From assembly GCA_002327315.1 (NCBI GenBank), contig DCVI01000150.1, forward strand, positions 2,114-66,113: 64,000 nucleotides of DNA, given 5' to 3'. The first letter of the stretch is position 1, and each line of letters opens with the position of its first letter. The position numbers were made by a program, and so were the translations under genes. Under the pieces are notes generated by a model that saw nothing but the letters and a program-made list of their open reading frames with translations, had not been told where the DNA came from and did no database searches. Below are positions 8,585 to 18,141 of this stretch, piece by piece. Origin of the DNA: Syntrophaceae bacterium UBA2192. GTDB taxonomy: Bacteria; Desulfobacterota; Syntrophia; Syntrophales; UBA2192.

Positions 8585-9421
8585 TTAGTCCGGCATTGCG
8601 AAGTACCGACCGCCAAGATAAGCCATGTACTCCTGATGCGCCGCCCCGGAGCCGGTCTGCATCTCAGCGAACACTGACTGGTAGCTGAGAGCCCTGAACT
8701 CGATTCCGTCGGCGACAGCTATGCGGGCGAACTCCGCCGCCTCCGCAGCGTGTTCAGCTGTCGAGGTGCCGAGGATTTCATACCATAGGTACACAAGCGC
8801 CCACTGCTTCCCCGAAGTGGCCAGTCCGAGTATGTGCTTTAGCAACTGCGCCGCGTTCAACAGCCGGAACGCCGCTTTGTCCGAGTACAGCCGTTCGGCA
8901 AGCTCCTGGCACCTCGGGTAGCCCGCTACCCGCCACAAGCCGGACTCAGACTCGAAATACTTCGCCTTGAAGCCCGATGCCGAGCCGTGGCCATAATACG
9001 GCTCGAGGAATTTGGACTCGATCGCCGTCACAGAACCGGACGGCGACGTCAGAACAACGTCCAGGTTGGGTGCGTTGCCGGGCAGTCCCGTTGGGTACTT
9101 TCGCTCGAAATCGACTCCGACGATTGGCGCCGGCAGGCGGAGAGTGGAGGCGAGCGGGGAGGCGTCGCGTCCGCGCCAGTATTCGAAGAAGTTGTATGCC
9201 AGTGCCGAAGAGGAATGCAGAGCCCGCATCTTCCCGCGGTTTCCGGGTCGACCGAGTTCACCGCCGTCGCCACTGCCGAACTCCGCAAGCGCTTGGGGCG
9301 ACATCTGCAGGAACAGGTTATCCGCGAGATCAACGACGTAACCTTGCGAGTCGGTGGCAATCCCTCGCTCACTCGCCCAGGCGCGCTGCTGGATACGCAC
9401 GAGTTTCGCCGGGGAAGGCAT
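8585..9421 (-). CDS. hypothetical protein, candidate PD-(D/E)xK-fold nuclease
   Basis: 278-aa ORF. NLDVVLTSPSGSVTAIESKFLEPY gives a D...(E)SK arrangement, preceded by HSSSALAYNFFEYW. It is more GC-rich than its neighbours. Confidence 0.55.
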   Translation of the reverse strand: MPSPAKLVRIQQRAWASERGIATDSQGYVVDLADNLFLQMSPQALAEFGSGDGGELGRPGNRGKMRALHSSSALAYNFFEYWRGRDASPLASTLRLPAPIVGVDFERKYPTGLPGNAPNLDVVLTSPSGSVTAIESKFLEPYYGHGSASGFKAKYFESESGLWRVAGYPRCQELAERLYSDKAAFRLLNAAQLLKHILGLATSGKQWALVYLWYEILGTSTAEHAAEAAEFARIAVADGIEFRALSYQSVFAEMQTGSGAAHQEYMAYLGGRYFAMPD

Positions 9422-9475
9422 CTGTCACCTCCAGATCAAGTTGTAACTAGGCAATTCTGTCCCTTAGTTGCGGAA

Positions 9476-10531
9476 TCAAGTGGGTCCCGTCCCCGAAATA
9501 ATGGCGATTGTATTGATGAGTGAACGAGTAGCTTCCGCGCACAGGGCGGCGTCACGAAAGCCGGCTGTACGACGGTGTTGTAGGCTCACGGCAAGGTCAT
9601 ACAAGGCCTTCATGAATCTTCTCTGTGCATCGTGTGAGCCACCGCTTAGCTGTTTCGTGATGAAGCCGTCAAGCATCCGCTTGGCATCAGCCTCGCTGGG
9701 AGTTACTCCGTCAGACAAGGCGTGCTGTTCTCGATCATAGACTGCTTGGGCAAGGGAGATCATCGACTCACGGCACAGCAATCCGATCGATTGAAAATCC
9801 TCTTCATCAGTTGCTGTTTCCAGAGCTCTGACTATCTTCTCTACGTTTCTGTCGACGCGTGCCCATCCAGTTGGCTCTATGGGTTGTATTGGCTTGGCTC
9901 TTGTACTGAGCTGCAATGCGTCTAACAAGGATTGATAGAGGGACGAGATGTACATTCTGCGCGATTGATATGTCGGCAAGCTTCCGTCGCTCCACTTACC
10001 GTACCAAGTCCATAGATTCGGATACGGGTTTGGATCTCCGATAGACAACGCTGCTAAATTTTCTTTTATTTGAAGTCGCCTGTCTTCGTACTCCCGGGCC
10101 ACATCTTTGATTCTTGGCCCACCTGTTGCCACAGAAATCATGAGCGCCTTCTGGGCTTCAACTGTCTGAATTAATTCATTCATCTCGGCCTGCAGCAGCG
10201 GGGAATCTACAGTTGACGCATTAGCATAGCTGATTGCTATCGCCCGCGTGCGAATACCTTTCAGATAAGCTCCGCTCGGTAAGGTTGCGGTGATTGCTCG
10301 TTCAATGCTTTTGGTCAGAGGATCCCGCTGGTTTGTCAGAATGTCGTATGATTTTCGGGGGCAGCTCAATTCAATCAGGACACCGTCCAACTGCCGATTA
10401 CCGTCCATCCAATGGTCGACAATGTCCCAGTCCTCGACTGTGCATGTCCGCAAAAGATTCGCCGCTTCTGCTTCGCCACCGTCAAAAAGGAACTGAATCG
10501 ACTGCTTGAGTAATTCTTCGTCAATCTGCAT
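9476..10531 (-). CDS. hypothetical protein (351 aa), no recognised catalytic motif
   Basis: ATG at 10531 has a GAGGA RBS, whereas the track start at 10579 is TTG. Conserved-looking segments are NPYPNLWTWYGKWSDGSLPTYQSRRMYISSLY and the C-terminal helical bundle WARVDRNVEKIVRALETATDEEDFQSIGLLCRESM. Confidence 0.55.
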   Translation of the reverse strand: MQIDEELLKQSIQFLFDGGEAEAANLLRTCTVEDWDIVDHWMDGNRQLDGVLIELSCPRKSYDILTNQRDPLTKSIERAITATLPSGAYLKGIRTRAIAISYANASTVDSPLLQAEMNELIQTVEAQKALMISVATGGPRIKDVAREYEDRRLQIKENLAALSIGDPNPYPNLWTWYGKWSDGSLPTYQSRRMYISSLYQSLLDALQLSTRAKPIQPIEPTGWARVDRNVEKIVRALETATDEEDFQSIGLLCRESMISLAQAVYDREQHALSDGVTPSEADAKRMLDGFITKQLSGGSHDAQRRFMKALYDLAVSLQHRRTAGFRDAALCAEATRSLINTIAIISGTGPT

Positions 10532-10703
10532 CCTTATTCCTCGAATCCGATGAAGTTCATCTATCGTCTCGGAGCGCAACGGAAGTGGTCAGATGCACCG
10601 TCGTGCTCGATCGAAAAACGCTATAAGACGGCGCTGTTTTGTTGTCCCCACGACTCGACAAGAAAAATAGCCGCTGCGCCCGCCAGGTTTATCTATAACT
10701 CAT

Positions 10704-11099
10704 TCAGTCGTTGCGGAACGCATCGCCTTTCGTAGCGCGGGTCACGGCGAGTTCAACGATTCGGTCCATGACGCGGTTAATGTCTTTCCACTTCATGACA
10801 AGCTTGCCTGGGTCCATTCCATACTGTGCGACAATATCGCGTAGCTGATCGAGAGTGAGCATGCTGATTTTAGCTCGTAGTTCGCTTTCTCCCTGACGGG
10901 CGAGTTCCACGGGATCAAGCACGGCGGGGGTACGTCTTCCCCCTTTTCGCCTTTTCGCCCCCCCTGCTCGCGGCTGTGGCACGCCAAGCGAATCGTTGAT
11001 CCCAAGTACACGCTCGACGTTGGCCCGAAACGACTCGTTTTTTTCGGTTTCCTCTATGATGGCAGAAACGAGAGCGGAAAGTCTTTTTTTGAGAGTCAT
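10704..11099 (-). CDS. small protein translationally coupled to ParA (candidate ParB/ParG-type adaptor)
   Basis: ATGA start/stop overlap with the ParA gene. It has a basic unstructured middle (PRAGGAKRRKGGRRTP) and a helical C-terminus (LTLDQLRDIVAQYGMDPGKLVMKWKDINRVMDRIVE). Confidence 0.55.
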   Translation of the reverse strand: MTLKKRLSALVSAIIEETEKNESFRANVERVLGINDSLGVPQPRAGGAKRRKGGRRTPAVLDPVELARQGESELRAKISMLTLDQLRDIVAQYGMDPGKLVMKWKDINRVMDRIVELAVTRATKGDAFRND

Positions 11100-12151
11100 T
11101 CATCCATCTCCAATTTCTTGAGAAGCTCCTTCGCTAGATCGACACAGCGCTCTGCTAGATCGCCGTATCCGTATTTCTGCTTAAGCGTTCGCCGCCCACC
11201 AGTTTGAAACTCGGCGGCGGTGGCAAACTGATCCGCCTGACGAAGGATGGTATCGAATACAGGGGGAGCATTCTCCTTGCGAAGGTTGTCCGTAACGTTC
11301 ACATGAGTTTTTGAGTTCGCTTGAAACTTTGTGATAACGATTCCGAGTGGTGTGATCTCCTCTGCAATCTCACGGGAGAAGTTACGCACTCGTTTGACGA
11401 TCTGCGGGATACCGTATGTTGACAGGAAGTCGGCCACAGTCGGAATAATATATCCCTCCGAGATGCGGAGCCCGTTGAGTGTGATGATCCCAAGATTTGG
11501 AGGACAATCCACGAGCACCAAGTCGTAGATGTCATCGTCCAGCTTTGCCTTGACAGCGAGGCGGAGTAGATCAATCGGAGTCACCGAATAGAATTGACCG
11601 GAAGGGGCGCTGGCCAGTTTGTCCTGAACATCTATGAGATCGATGCTTGACGGCAGAAGATCAACCTTTTCCGCGCCCTGCACGTCTGACACCTTCCGCT
11701 GTAATGTTTTCTCCAGATCGAATGTTCTGTTCTGCGGGTCTAAAGCGTCTTTGAACAGGGTGGCAAGAGTCCAGCCCTTTTCGTTAATCTGCTTCCAGCG
11801 CGTCTCCCCGATTAGCATGACTGTGGCATTGGTCTGCGGGTCCAGATCAATTACTAATACACGTTTGCCGAATCGTGCAGCGAGCGTTTCGGCCAGCGCG
11901 ACTGTCGTCGTCGTCTTTGCGACACCACCCTTGAGATTGATGAGAGAAATAACACGAGCCATTGGAAATTTCCTCCTTCTTAGCCAGCCCTGGACTTGTC
12001 TCGTCCGGAAGACCGGCCCTGCTTTAAGATCAGCAATGGGTTTCGGGAAATCAGGGAAGCGAGCACGCCAATTGGCCACTGCTTGCCGCGATACTCCCGC
12101 CAGTTCAGCAATCTCATTAATACCTAATAGGTCATCTTCTAGAAGAGCCAA
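11096..12151 (-). CDS. parA: ParA/Soj-type P-loop ATPase with N-terminal HTH (type Ia ParA-like)
   Basis: N-terminal HTH INEIAELAGVSRQAVANWRARF. Deviant Walker A KGGVAKTTTTVALA, plus VLVIDLDPQ and LVLVDCPP motifs. The start codon is TTG. Confidence 0.85.
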   Translation of the reverse strand: MALLEDDLLGINEIAELAGVSRQAVANWRARFPDFPKPIADLKAGPVFRTRQVQGWLRRRKFPMARVISLINLKGGVAKTTTTVALAETLAARFGKRVLVIDLDPQTNATVMLIGETRWKQINEKGWTLATLFKDALDPQNRTFDLEKTLQRKVSDVQGAEKVDLLPSSIDLIDVQDKLASAPSGQFYSVTPIDLLRLAVKAKLDDDIYDLVLVDCPPNLGIITLNGLRISEGYIIPTVADFLSTYGIPQIVKRVRNFSREIAEEITPLGIVITKFQANSKTHVNVTDNLRKENAPPVFDTILRQADQFATAAEFQTGGRRTLKQKYGYGDLAERCVDLAKELLKKLEMDE

Positions 12152-12187
12152 GCCACCACATCCTTGTGAGCTACGTTAACACTTACT

Positions 12188-12202
12188 GTGTACAACGTAC
12201 AC
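12188..12202. promoter_or_regulatory. palindromic operator candidate upstream of the HTH-ParA operon
   Basis: GTGTAC-AAC-GTACAC is a perfect 6-bp inverted repeat 37 bp upstream of the parA start. Confidence 0.4.
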
Positions 12203-12349
12203 ATACTATTGTCAAGTATTTTTTGCCCCTTCGGGGGAAAGCTTCTAACTATTGACAAAACAATACATTTTATCCAGTAATCAGGCGCGGCTTGGGATCA
12301 AAGGTAGGCAATCTTAATAGTGGTCCGCCCCGGGCCTTATCTGCAAAAT

Positions 12350-12479
12350 GCAAAAAGTTAGCGTCATCAGACTGAAAGCCAGACATTGACTGACATTAAC
12401 TTTTTGCTCCCTCCCGATGGCTAACTCATTGATTTTGTAAGATCACGAAGGACAATAACTTTTTGCAGTTCACATGTGA
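12350..12479. repeat. cluster of inverted/direct 11-mers and a 10-bp palindrome at the right edge of the island
   Basis: GCAAAAAGTTA (12350-12360) is the reverse complement of TAACTTTTTGC (12397-12407 and 12456-12466). GACATTGACTGACATTAAC at 12382-12400 carries TAATGTCA-type motifs in inverted orientation. TCACATGTGA lies at 12470-12479. Confidence 0.7.
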
Positions 12480-12719
12480 CCGGGAAAAAGGGTGAAATGC
12501 GTGGTACGGATATTGCTATTCTGCACGGTGGAAACACGCGTGAGCGTATCCTCGCAAATCGCTGCAAGGTGAGAAAGAAACGGAACAGACATAACGATTC
12601 ATTGAGTTTCTGAAGTCCCGGCGCCCTGGCGGGGGAAATCCATAATCCCGGAATGCAGGTGGGATATGAATCTGAAAGAATCGACAGCTGCGCGAGCTCC
12701 GATAGCAAGGGGAGGAGTC

Positions 12720-13103
12720 ATGACCCAGCGACCCAAAGTGCTCATGATCGACGACAACAAGGAAATCTGCCGGCTCATGAAGGAATACCTGGAAAGATCG
12801 GGCAGATACGAAGTGACGGTCTTCACCGATGCGAGAATGGGAGTCCGCTATGCCCAGATCGAGAAGCCCGATGTGATCCTGATGGATCTCATGATGCCCG
12901 ACATGGACGGCACGGAGGCGGCCGAGCATCTCCTCGAAGACGAAGCGACCTGCAACATTCCCATTATCTTCATCACGGCGGCGATCAAGAAAGCCGAGGT
13001 TGACGATCGCCTTGGCCGGATTCACGGGCACCCCATCCTGGCAAAGCCCGTCACCCCCATCGAGGTCATGAACGAGATCGAAAAGGTGTTGGCCTTCACC
13101 TGA
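12720..13103 (+). CDS. single-domain response regulator (CheY-like receiver)
   Basis: GGAGG RBS before ATG 12720. VLMIDDN...DVILMDLMMPDMDG...ILAKP receiver signature with no output domain. Confidence 0.85.
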   Translation: MTQRPKVLMIDDNKEICRLMKEYLERSGRYEVTVFTDARMGVRYAQIEKPDVILMDLMMPDMDGTEAAEHLLEDEATCNIPIIFITAAIKKAEVDDRLGRIHGHPILAKPVTPIEVMNEIEKVLAFT

Positions 13104-13132
13104 GAGGGAGCATTCCAGTGATATAAAACGAA

Positions 13133-13162
13133 GGGCAGGGTCCATCGACCCTGCCCTTTTTT
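13133..13162 (+). terminator. rho-independent terminator
   Basis: GGGCAGGGTC-catc-GACCCTGCCC followed by TTTTTT. Confidence 0.75.
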
Positions 13163-13186
13163 ACCATCGCGATCGGCTCTTGCGTC

Positions 13187-16054
13187 TCAGATCATCACCG
13201 CCGTCACGGCATCCTCGAGGCTGATAACCCCCTGGAGCACCTTGTTGACGGCATCCTGTTTCAGGCTTCGGAACGTGCCGTACCGCTCGGCGGCGGCGCT
13301 TATCTCGGCGGCGGCGGCCCCCTTCAGGATCATCTCCTGGATCCCGTTGTCGTTGACAAGGACCTCGAAGAGGGCGGTGTGCCCCTTGAATCCCGTGTTC
13401 TTGCAGGCGGGACACCCCGCGCCCCGGAAGAATCGTCCGCCCGCCATCGATTCGAGCCCCAGGGAGGCCAGGACTTGTTCCGTTGGTTCGTAGGGTTCAC
13501 GGCAGGCGGGGCAGATTGTCCGCACGAGCCGCTGTCCGATCGAGGCCGACAGGGCGGAGGCAACGGGGAAGCGCTCCACGCCCATTTCGAGGAGGCGGGC
13601 AATGACGCCTGCCGCATCGGGCGACTGGATCGTGCTCAGGAAACGGCGGCTGGAGAGGGCCGTCTGCACGGCGAGCGCAGCCGCCTCGGCGTCACGGATC
13701 TCCTTGAGATAGACCACGTCGGGGTCCTGCTTCAAAATGAGCCGGAGATTGCCCGCAACGGTCAGACCGGCCTTGCGGTTGAACTCGATCTGGGTCACTC
13801 CCGCCAGGGGGTGTTTGACGGAGTCCTCCAGGGTGAAGATCTCCGTATCGGGCTTGATCATCCCGCGCAGCAGGGTATAAATGGTGGTGCTTTTTCCGCT
13901 TCCCTCGGGCCCCGACACGAGGATGAGCCCCTGCGGCTTTTCCAGGACGGAAGAGAGGCTGTCCAGGTCCTTCGGGGAGAGTCCCAGCTGCTCCAGGCCG
14001 AAGGTGTTTGCGCTCAGATCCGTCAGGTGCAGGATCAGGTTCTCGCCGTTGACGCCCGGGATGGTGGAGACGAGCACGCTCAGCTCCCTCTCGCCTACCC
14101 GTTCGACGAACCGGCCTTCCTGGGGAATACCCCGGGTGCTGCTGTCGATGTTGGCGATATCCTTGACCCAGGAGATCACCGGGAGGGACATCGACTTCGG
14201 CAGATCGGGCAGGTCGTGGGTCTTTCCGTTGACACGGAACCGGACGCGGACGTTCTTCGCCTGGGGAGTGATGTGGATATCCGTTGCCCCCTCTCGGACA
14301 GCCTGGACGAGCAGCATTTCAAGAAGCCGGTCGGCAGGGGCTCCATTTTCCTGGACAGGCGCGGCAGGTGCCGGCTGGGGATGGGCCGCGGCGGCCGCCA
14401 TGGAAGGCGACCCCATCTCCTGGGCCGCAGCCCGGGGACGAGCCTCGGAGGAATAGCTCCCCATGGGCATGTCGTAGATGATGCCCATGAGCCGGTCGAA
14501 CTCGCGCTCCGTGCAGATGACCGGTTCCACCCCTTCCTCCGACTGCATCCTCAGCAGGTCGAGGGCATAGCGGTTGGTCGGATCCGGCATGGCCACGACG
14601 AGGTGGCGGGTGGTCTTTCTCAAGGGAGCCGCCTGGTGTTTCCTGGCGAAATCCATGGGGAGGAGTCTCGAGAGGCTCAGATCGACAGGGTACTTGTCGG
14701 GCAGGTAACGCTCGATCCGAAGCTGGCGACTGAGGATGTCCACGATCTGCGAATCCCGGAGGAACCCCTGCTGGACGAGAAGCTTGCCGAGCCGCAGGCC
14801 GGTGTAGCGCTGTGCTGCAAGGGCCTCCTCGAGCTGCAGCTCGTCGAGAAGCCGGGCCTCCAGGAGGAGCTCACCCAGCCTCTTCCACTGCCCGTCGACG
14901 ACCTCCAGGTCCAGCGACTCGGCCTTCCTGGTCTCAATCTCGGCGATGAAGTCGGGGAAATCGCCTTCGATCAGGGTCTGCTCCTTGGCCACCGATGCGG
15001 CCCTCAGGAGGATTTTCTCCAGTTCCGCCACGTTACCCGGCCAGGTGTACTCGACGAAACGGTCCATCACCTCCCGGGTGACGCCGAGGATGTTCTTGCG
15101 GAATTCCTGGTTGATGAGCTGAATGAAGTAGTCGACCAGCAGCGGGATGTCTTCCTTGCGCTCCCTCAGCGGCGGCATGTAGAGGGTGACCACGTTGAGA
15201 CGATAGTAGAGATCGTCCCGGAAGGTCCCTTCCTTGATCATTCCGCGGATGTCCTTGTCGGTGGCCGCCATCACCCGTGCGCTCAGCGCGATCTTTTCCC
15301 GGCTCCCGATCCGCTGGAATTCACCGGTTTCGAGGACCCTCAGCAGGCGCGCCTGAAGGTTCAAGGACAGCTCGTGCACCTGGTGGAGGAAGAGCGTGCC
15401 GAGGCCCGCCTCTTCGAACTTGCCGACCTTGCGGCTCGTGGCGCCCGTAAAGGACCCTTTTTCGTAGCCGAACAGTTCGGTCTCAAGGACCTGCTCGGAT
15501 AAGTCCTCGCAGTTGACGATGACGAAGGGCTCGTTTTTCGCGGCAAAATTGTGGAAGGTCTTCGCCAGGAGCGACTTGCCTGTCCCCGTCTCGCCCAGGA
15601 GGAGCACGGTCCGGTCTTCGGGCTTGATCATCATGATCTGGTTGAAGAGGATCCGGACGCGCTTGCTCTGCCCGATGAATTCCGGGAACAGGACCTTGCC
15701 CTCCACCTTGCTGAGCAGATCGCTTACCTGTTCGAAGACGGCATTGAATTCCTTGATGTCATCGCCTTTGCCCTGCTTTTTGCCCCTCGCCTGTCGCGAC
15801 ACGGCAGGAATGAGCTTCATCTTGGTAATGAAATTCTTCATGGGCTTCAGCAAAAGCCACGTGATGAGGAGCGCGCACGCAAATGCGAAGATCCCGATTC
15901 CCAGGCCCCACCATTTCAGGTAGAGCTCCGGATCGGGAATGAGCCTCGTGTATTTCAGGATCTGGTGCGTCGTGATGACGGAAAGAAGGGCAATCCCCCC
16001 GAAGATGATGGGGACGAGCACATAGAGACTGATGTTGAAACGCGGGTGTTTCAT
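13187..16054 (-). CDS. membrane-anchored sigma-54 AAA+ / MshEN / GspE-like ATPase fusion protein without an HTH
   Basis: Two N-terminal TM helices. EBP core with GETGTGKS and a GSFTGA loop, but Walker B reads LFLHQV instead of LFLDEI. Two MshEN-type motifs: [53 protein letters not shown]. GspE core has [21 protein letters not shown] and CPAC..CPAC, but the His box is replaced by [12 protein letters not shown]. Confidence 0.85.
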   Translation of the reverse strand: MKHPRFNISLYVLVPIIFGGIALLSVITTHQILKYTRLIPDPELYLKWWGLGIGIFAFACALLITWLLLKPMKNFITKMKLIPAVSRQARGKKQGKGDDIKEFNAVFEQVSDLLSKVEGKVLFPEFIGQSKRVRILFNQIMMIKPEDRTVLLLGETGTGKSLLAKTFHNFAAKNEPFVIVNCEDLSEQVLETELFGYEKGSFTGATSRKVGKFEEAGLGTLFLHQVHELSLNLQARLLRVLETGEFQRIGSREKIALSARVMAATDKDIRGMIKEGTFRDDLYYRLNVVTLYMPPLRERKEDIPLLVDYFIQLINQEFRKNILGVTREVMDRFVEYTWPGNVAELEKILLRAASVAKEQTLIEGDFPDFIAEIETRKAESLDLEVVDGQWKRLGELLLEARLLDELQLEEALAAQRYTGLRLGKLLVQQGFLRDSQIVDILSRQLRIERYLPDKYPVDLSLSRLLPMDFARKHQAAPLRKTTRHLVVAMPDPTNRYALDLLRMQSEEGVEPVICTEREFDRLMGIIYDMPMGSYSSEARPRAAAQEMGSPSMAAAAAHPQPAPAAPVQENGAPADRLLEMLLVQAVREGATDIHITPQAKNVRVRFRVNGKTHDLPDLPKSMSLPVISWVKDIANIDSSTRGIPQEGRFVERVGERELSVLVSTIPGVNGENLILHLTDLSANTFGLEQLGLSPKDLDSLSSVLEKPQGLILVSGPEGSGKSTTIYTLLRGMIKPDTEIFTLEDSVKHPLAGVTQIEFNRKAGLTVAGNLRLILKQDPDVVYLKEIRDAEAAALAVQTALSSRRFLSTIQSPDAAGVIARLLEMGVERFPVASALSASIGQRLVRTICPACREPYEPTEQVLASLGLESMAGGRFFRGAGCPACKNTGFKGHTALFEVLVNDNGIQEMILKGAAAAEISAAAERYGTFRSLKQDAVNKVLQGVISLEDAVTAVMI

Positions 16055-16471
16055 GGCATTCTCACCTTGGGTACTTCCTGTTCATCCGCAACATTTCAGC
16101 CGGACCCTTTCGGGCCATCCCCCCGGAAACAGGGCCGCCGCACCAGCCGGAGGCCTCTCCCGGTGTTCGTGGAGGCCCAGGGGGTACGGGGTTCCTGTTT
16201 GAGCATTTCGTACGATAACAGAGCCGTCCCGTTTTGCAATACGACGCCAGTATGATTTTAAACTACGAGAATAGTATGGCTTTTTCCGTTTATCGGACGC
16301 GTTCTCCCTCGATGATGTCGCGGGGTTTACCGAACGGAAGTCGCACGAAAAAGAAGTGATGAGGAACGCCGGCGTCGCGCTCGAGAAACGAACCTGTCAG
16401 TCATGGCGAGAATATTTGCACGAAGCGTACCAAAAAGCATCTGTTTTCAAGAAGATGGGAGAGACCGCCCC

Positions 16472-16894
16472 TCATTCGGCCAGCTTGACGGCCGTGCCGG
16501 CCAGGATCACCCGGCCTGTTTTCAGCTGGGTCTTGCCGGGGATGAGCCCTTCGTGGCGGACGTTGACGACGGCATCGGCCCCCAGCGCCAGGGCCTTTTG
16601 CATGAGGCTCAGGAGTGCCCTTTTTTCCGCCACGCGCAGAAAGCCCACACCCGCCACCCCCTCGGCGGTGACGGCGCCAAGCTCTCTGGCCACTCTTTTT
16701 CCGGGTACTTCCGGCGTCGTTGCGATGGAGATCTTCTGCCGGAGAGCCCCGAGATCCTCGTCGAGGGCTTCCAGGACCACCTGTCGGGCCCTTATTTTCC
16801 GGCTCTCGCGCAAGGCGAGGGCGAAAATGAAAAGGACGAAGACCGTGATGAGAACTACCGCGCCGAGATGCTCGAGGATCGCTTCCAGATTCAC
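16472..16894 (-). CDS. membrane-anchored YbjQ/UPF0145-like domain protein
   Basis: N-terminal TM helix (GAVVLITVFVLFIFALAL). C-terminal ALALGADAVVNVRHE...GTAVKL resembles the YbjQ family. Confidence 0.55.
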   Translation of the reverse strand: MNLEAILEHLGAVVLITVFVLFIFALALRESRKIRARQVVLEALDEDLGALRQKISIATTPEVPGKRVARELGAVTAEGVAGVGFLRVAEKRALLSLMQKALALGADAVVNVRHEGLIPGKTQLKTGRVILAGTAVKLAE

Positions 16895-16932
16895 GGTCCA
16901 GATCCCTCTTTGGCCGGGTCGACCTTTCCCGA

Positions 16933-18141
16933 TCAGGAATTCTTGTTCTTCGGGGATTTTTTATTCATCATATCCCCCAGGGAGCCGAAACTCCGGGAGC
17001 CCTTCTGGAGATAGGGACTGTAAGAGTCCTCCCGCTCTTCCTCGGGTGCCACCGGGGAGAGAGACAGGCGCCTCTTTTCCCGGTCCGTCGACTCCACCAC
17101 GACCTCGATCGTGTCGCCCTGAACAAGGACCTCCCGCGGATGACGGATCTTCTTGCCTTTCGAGAGCCTGGAGATGGGGATGAGGCCGTCGATGCCGGAC
17201 TCCAGGGTGATAAAGGCCCCGAAGTCGGCCAGCCGCGCGACGGTCCCCTGGTGGCGGGAGCCCTCGGGGTATCTCGTTTCCACGTTTTCCCAGGGGTCTG
17301 GAAGCGTTTCCTTGATGCTCAAGGTGATGCGGTCCTTGACCCAGTCGAGGTTGAGGATGACCGCTTCGACGGTCTGGCCTGCGGTGAAGCGCTCGCGGAT
17401 GTCCTCAATGCGCCCCCAGCTGACCTCCGAAATGGGGAGAAGCGCCTCGATGCCGCCGATGTCGATGAAGGCGCCGAAATCTCGTACGGACCTGACCGTG
17501 CCCGTCACCCTCATGCCCACCTGGAGGGTCGACTTGATGGCTTCCTTTCTCTGGCGCTCTTCCTCTTCGAGGATCCTGCGCCGCGAAACGATGAGCTTCC
17601 GACCCCCTTCGCCGTACTCGATGACGATGAAGGGAAGCCGCTGCCCCAGGATGGTCGCTGCCGTTCCTCCCCGGCCAAGGCCTGCCTGCGAGAAGGGGCA
17701 GAATGCCCGGTAGCTCCCCGCGATCCGGACCTCGAGCCCCCCTTTGATTTCTTTCTCCACGATGCCTTCCACGGGGATGCCGTTCTGCCAGGCCTCTTCG
17801 AGATACTGGCGGGCCGCGTCCCCGGAGACCCTCGTCGTGAAGATCCGCTCGCCATGCCGCGATGAGAGGAAATAGGCCTTGACGGTGTCCCCCTCCTTCA
17901 CGGTCAGTTGCCCTTCCTTGTCGAGGAACTCGTTTTTCTCGACGATCCCCTCCGTTTTTCCCCCGAGGTCGATGAACACCCAGTCCGTCGAGATCTTGGC
18001 GATCACGGCTTCCACGCTCTCCCCGGGTTTGAGCCGGGCCGGCATTCGGTCCGTCGCCTCCAGGAGTTCAGCGAAACTTTTTTCTTCTTCCATGATGATT
18101 TTCCGTCCGAAATTATTTTTAATTGCCTTCGCCTGGGCCAT
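16933..18141 (-). CDS. S1 RNA-binding domain protein (four S1 repeats)
   Basis: Repeated G-x-x-V-x-G-x-V...FGAFI-type S1 modules, for example VTGTVRSVRDFGAFIDIGG and HQGTVARLADFGAFITL. The start is ambiguous between 18141 and 18093. Confidence 0.8.
   Translation of the reverse strand: MAQAKAIKNNFGRKIIMEEEKSFAELLEATDRMPARLKPGESVEAVIAKISTDWVFIDLGGKTEGIVEKNEFLDKEGQLTVKEGDTVKAYFLSSRHGERIFTTRVSGDAARQYLEEAWQNGIPVEGIVEKEIKGGLEVRIAGSYRAFCPFSQAGLGRGGTAATILGQRLPFIVIEYGEGGRKLIVSRRRILEEEERQRKEAIKSTLQVGMRVTGTVRSVRDFGAFIDIGGIEALLPISEVSWGRIEDIRERFTAGQTVEAVILNLDWVKDRITLSIKETLPDPWENVETRYPEGSRHQGTVARLADFGAFITLESGIDGLIPISRLSKGKKIRHPREVLVQGDTIEVVVESTDREKRRLSLSPVAPEEEREDSYSPYLQKGSRSFGSLGDMMNKKSPKNKNS

Noticed and set aside
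12421-13145. Minus-strand ORFs of 95 and 209 aa overlapping the response-regulator gene and the upstream spacer
   Set aside because: They are antisense to a clear CheY-like receiver with an RBS. Their products have no motifs, and the spacer parts are AT-rich and repeat-laden.
16225-16245. Possible sigma-54 promoter (TGGCGTCGTATTGCA on the minus strand) upstream of the 955-aa fusion gene
   Set aside because: The GG-to-GC spacing is 11 rather than 12 nt, and the -24 box is imperfect. It is not convincing without scoring or TSS data.
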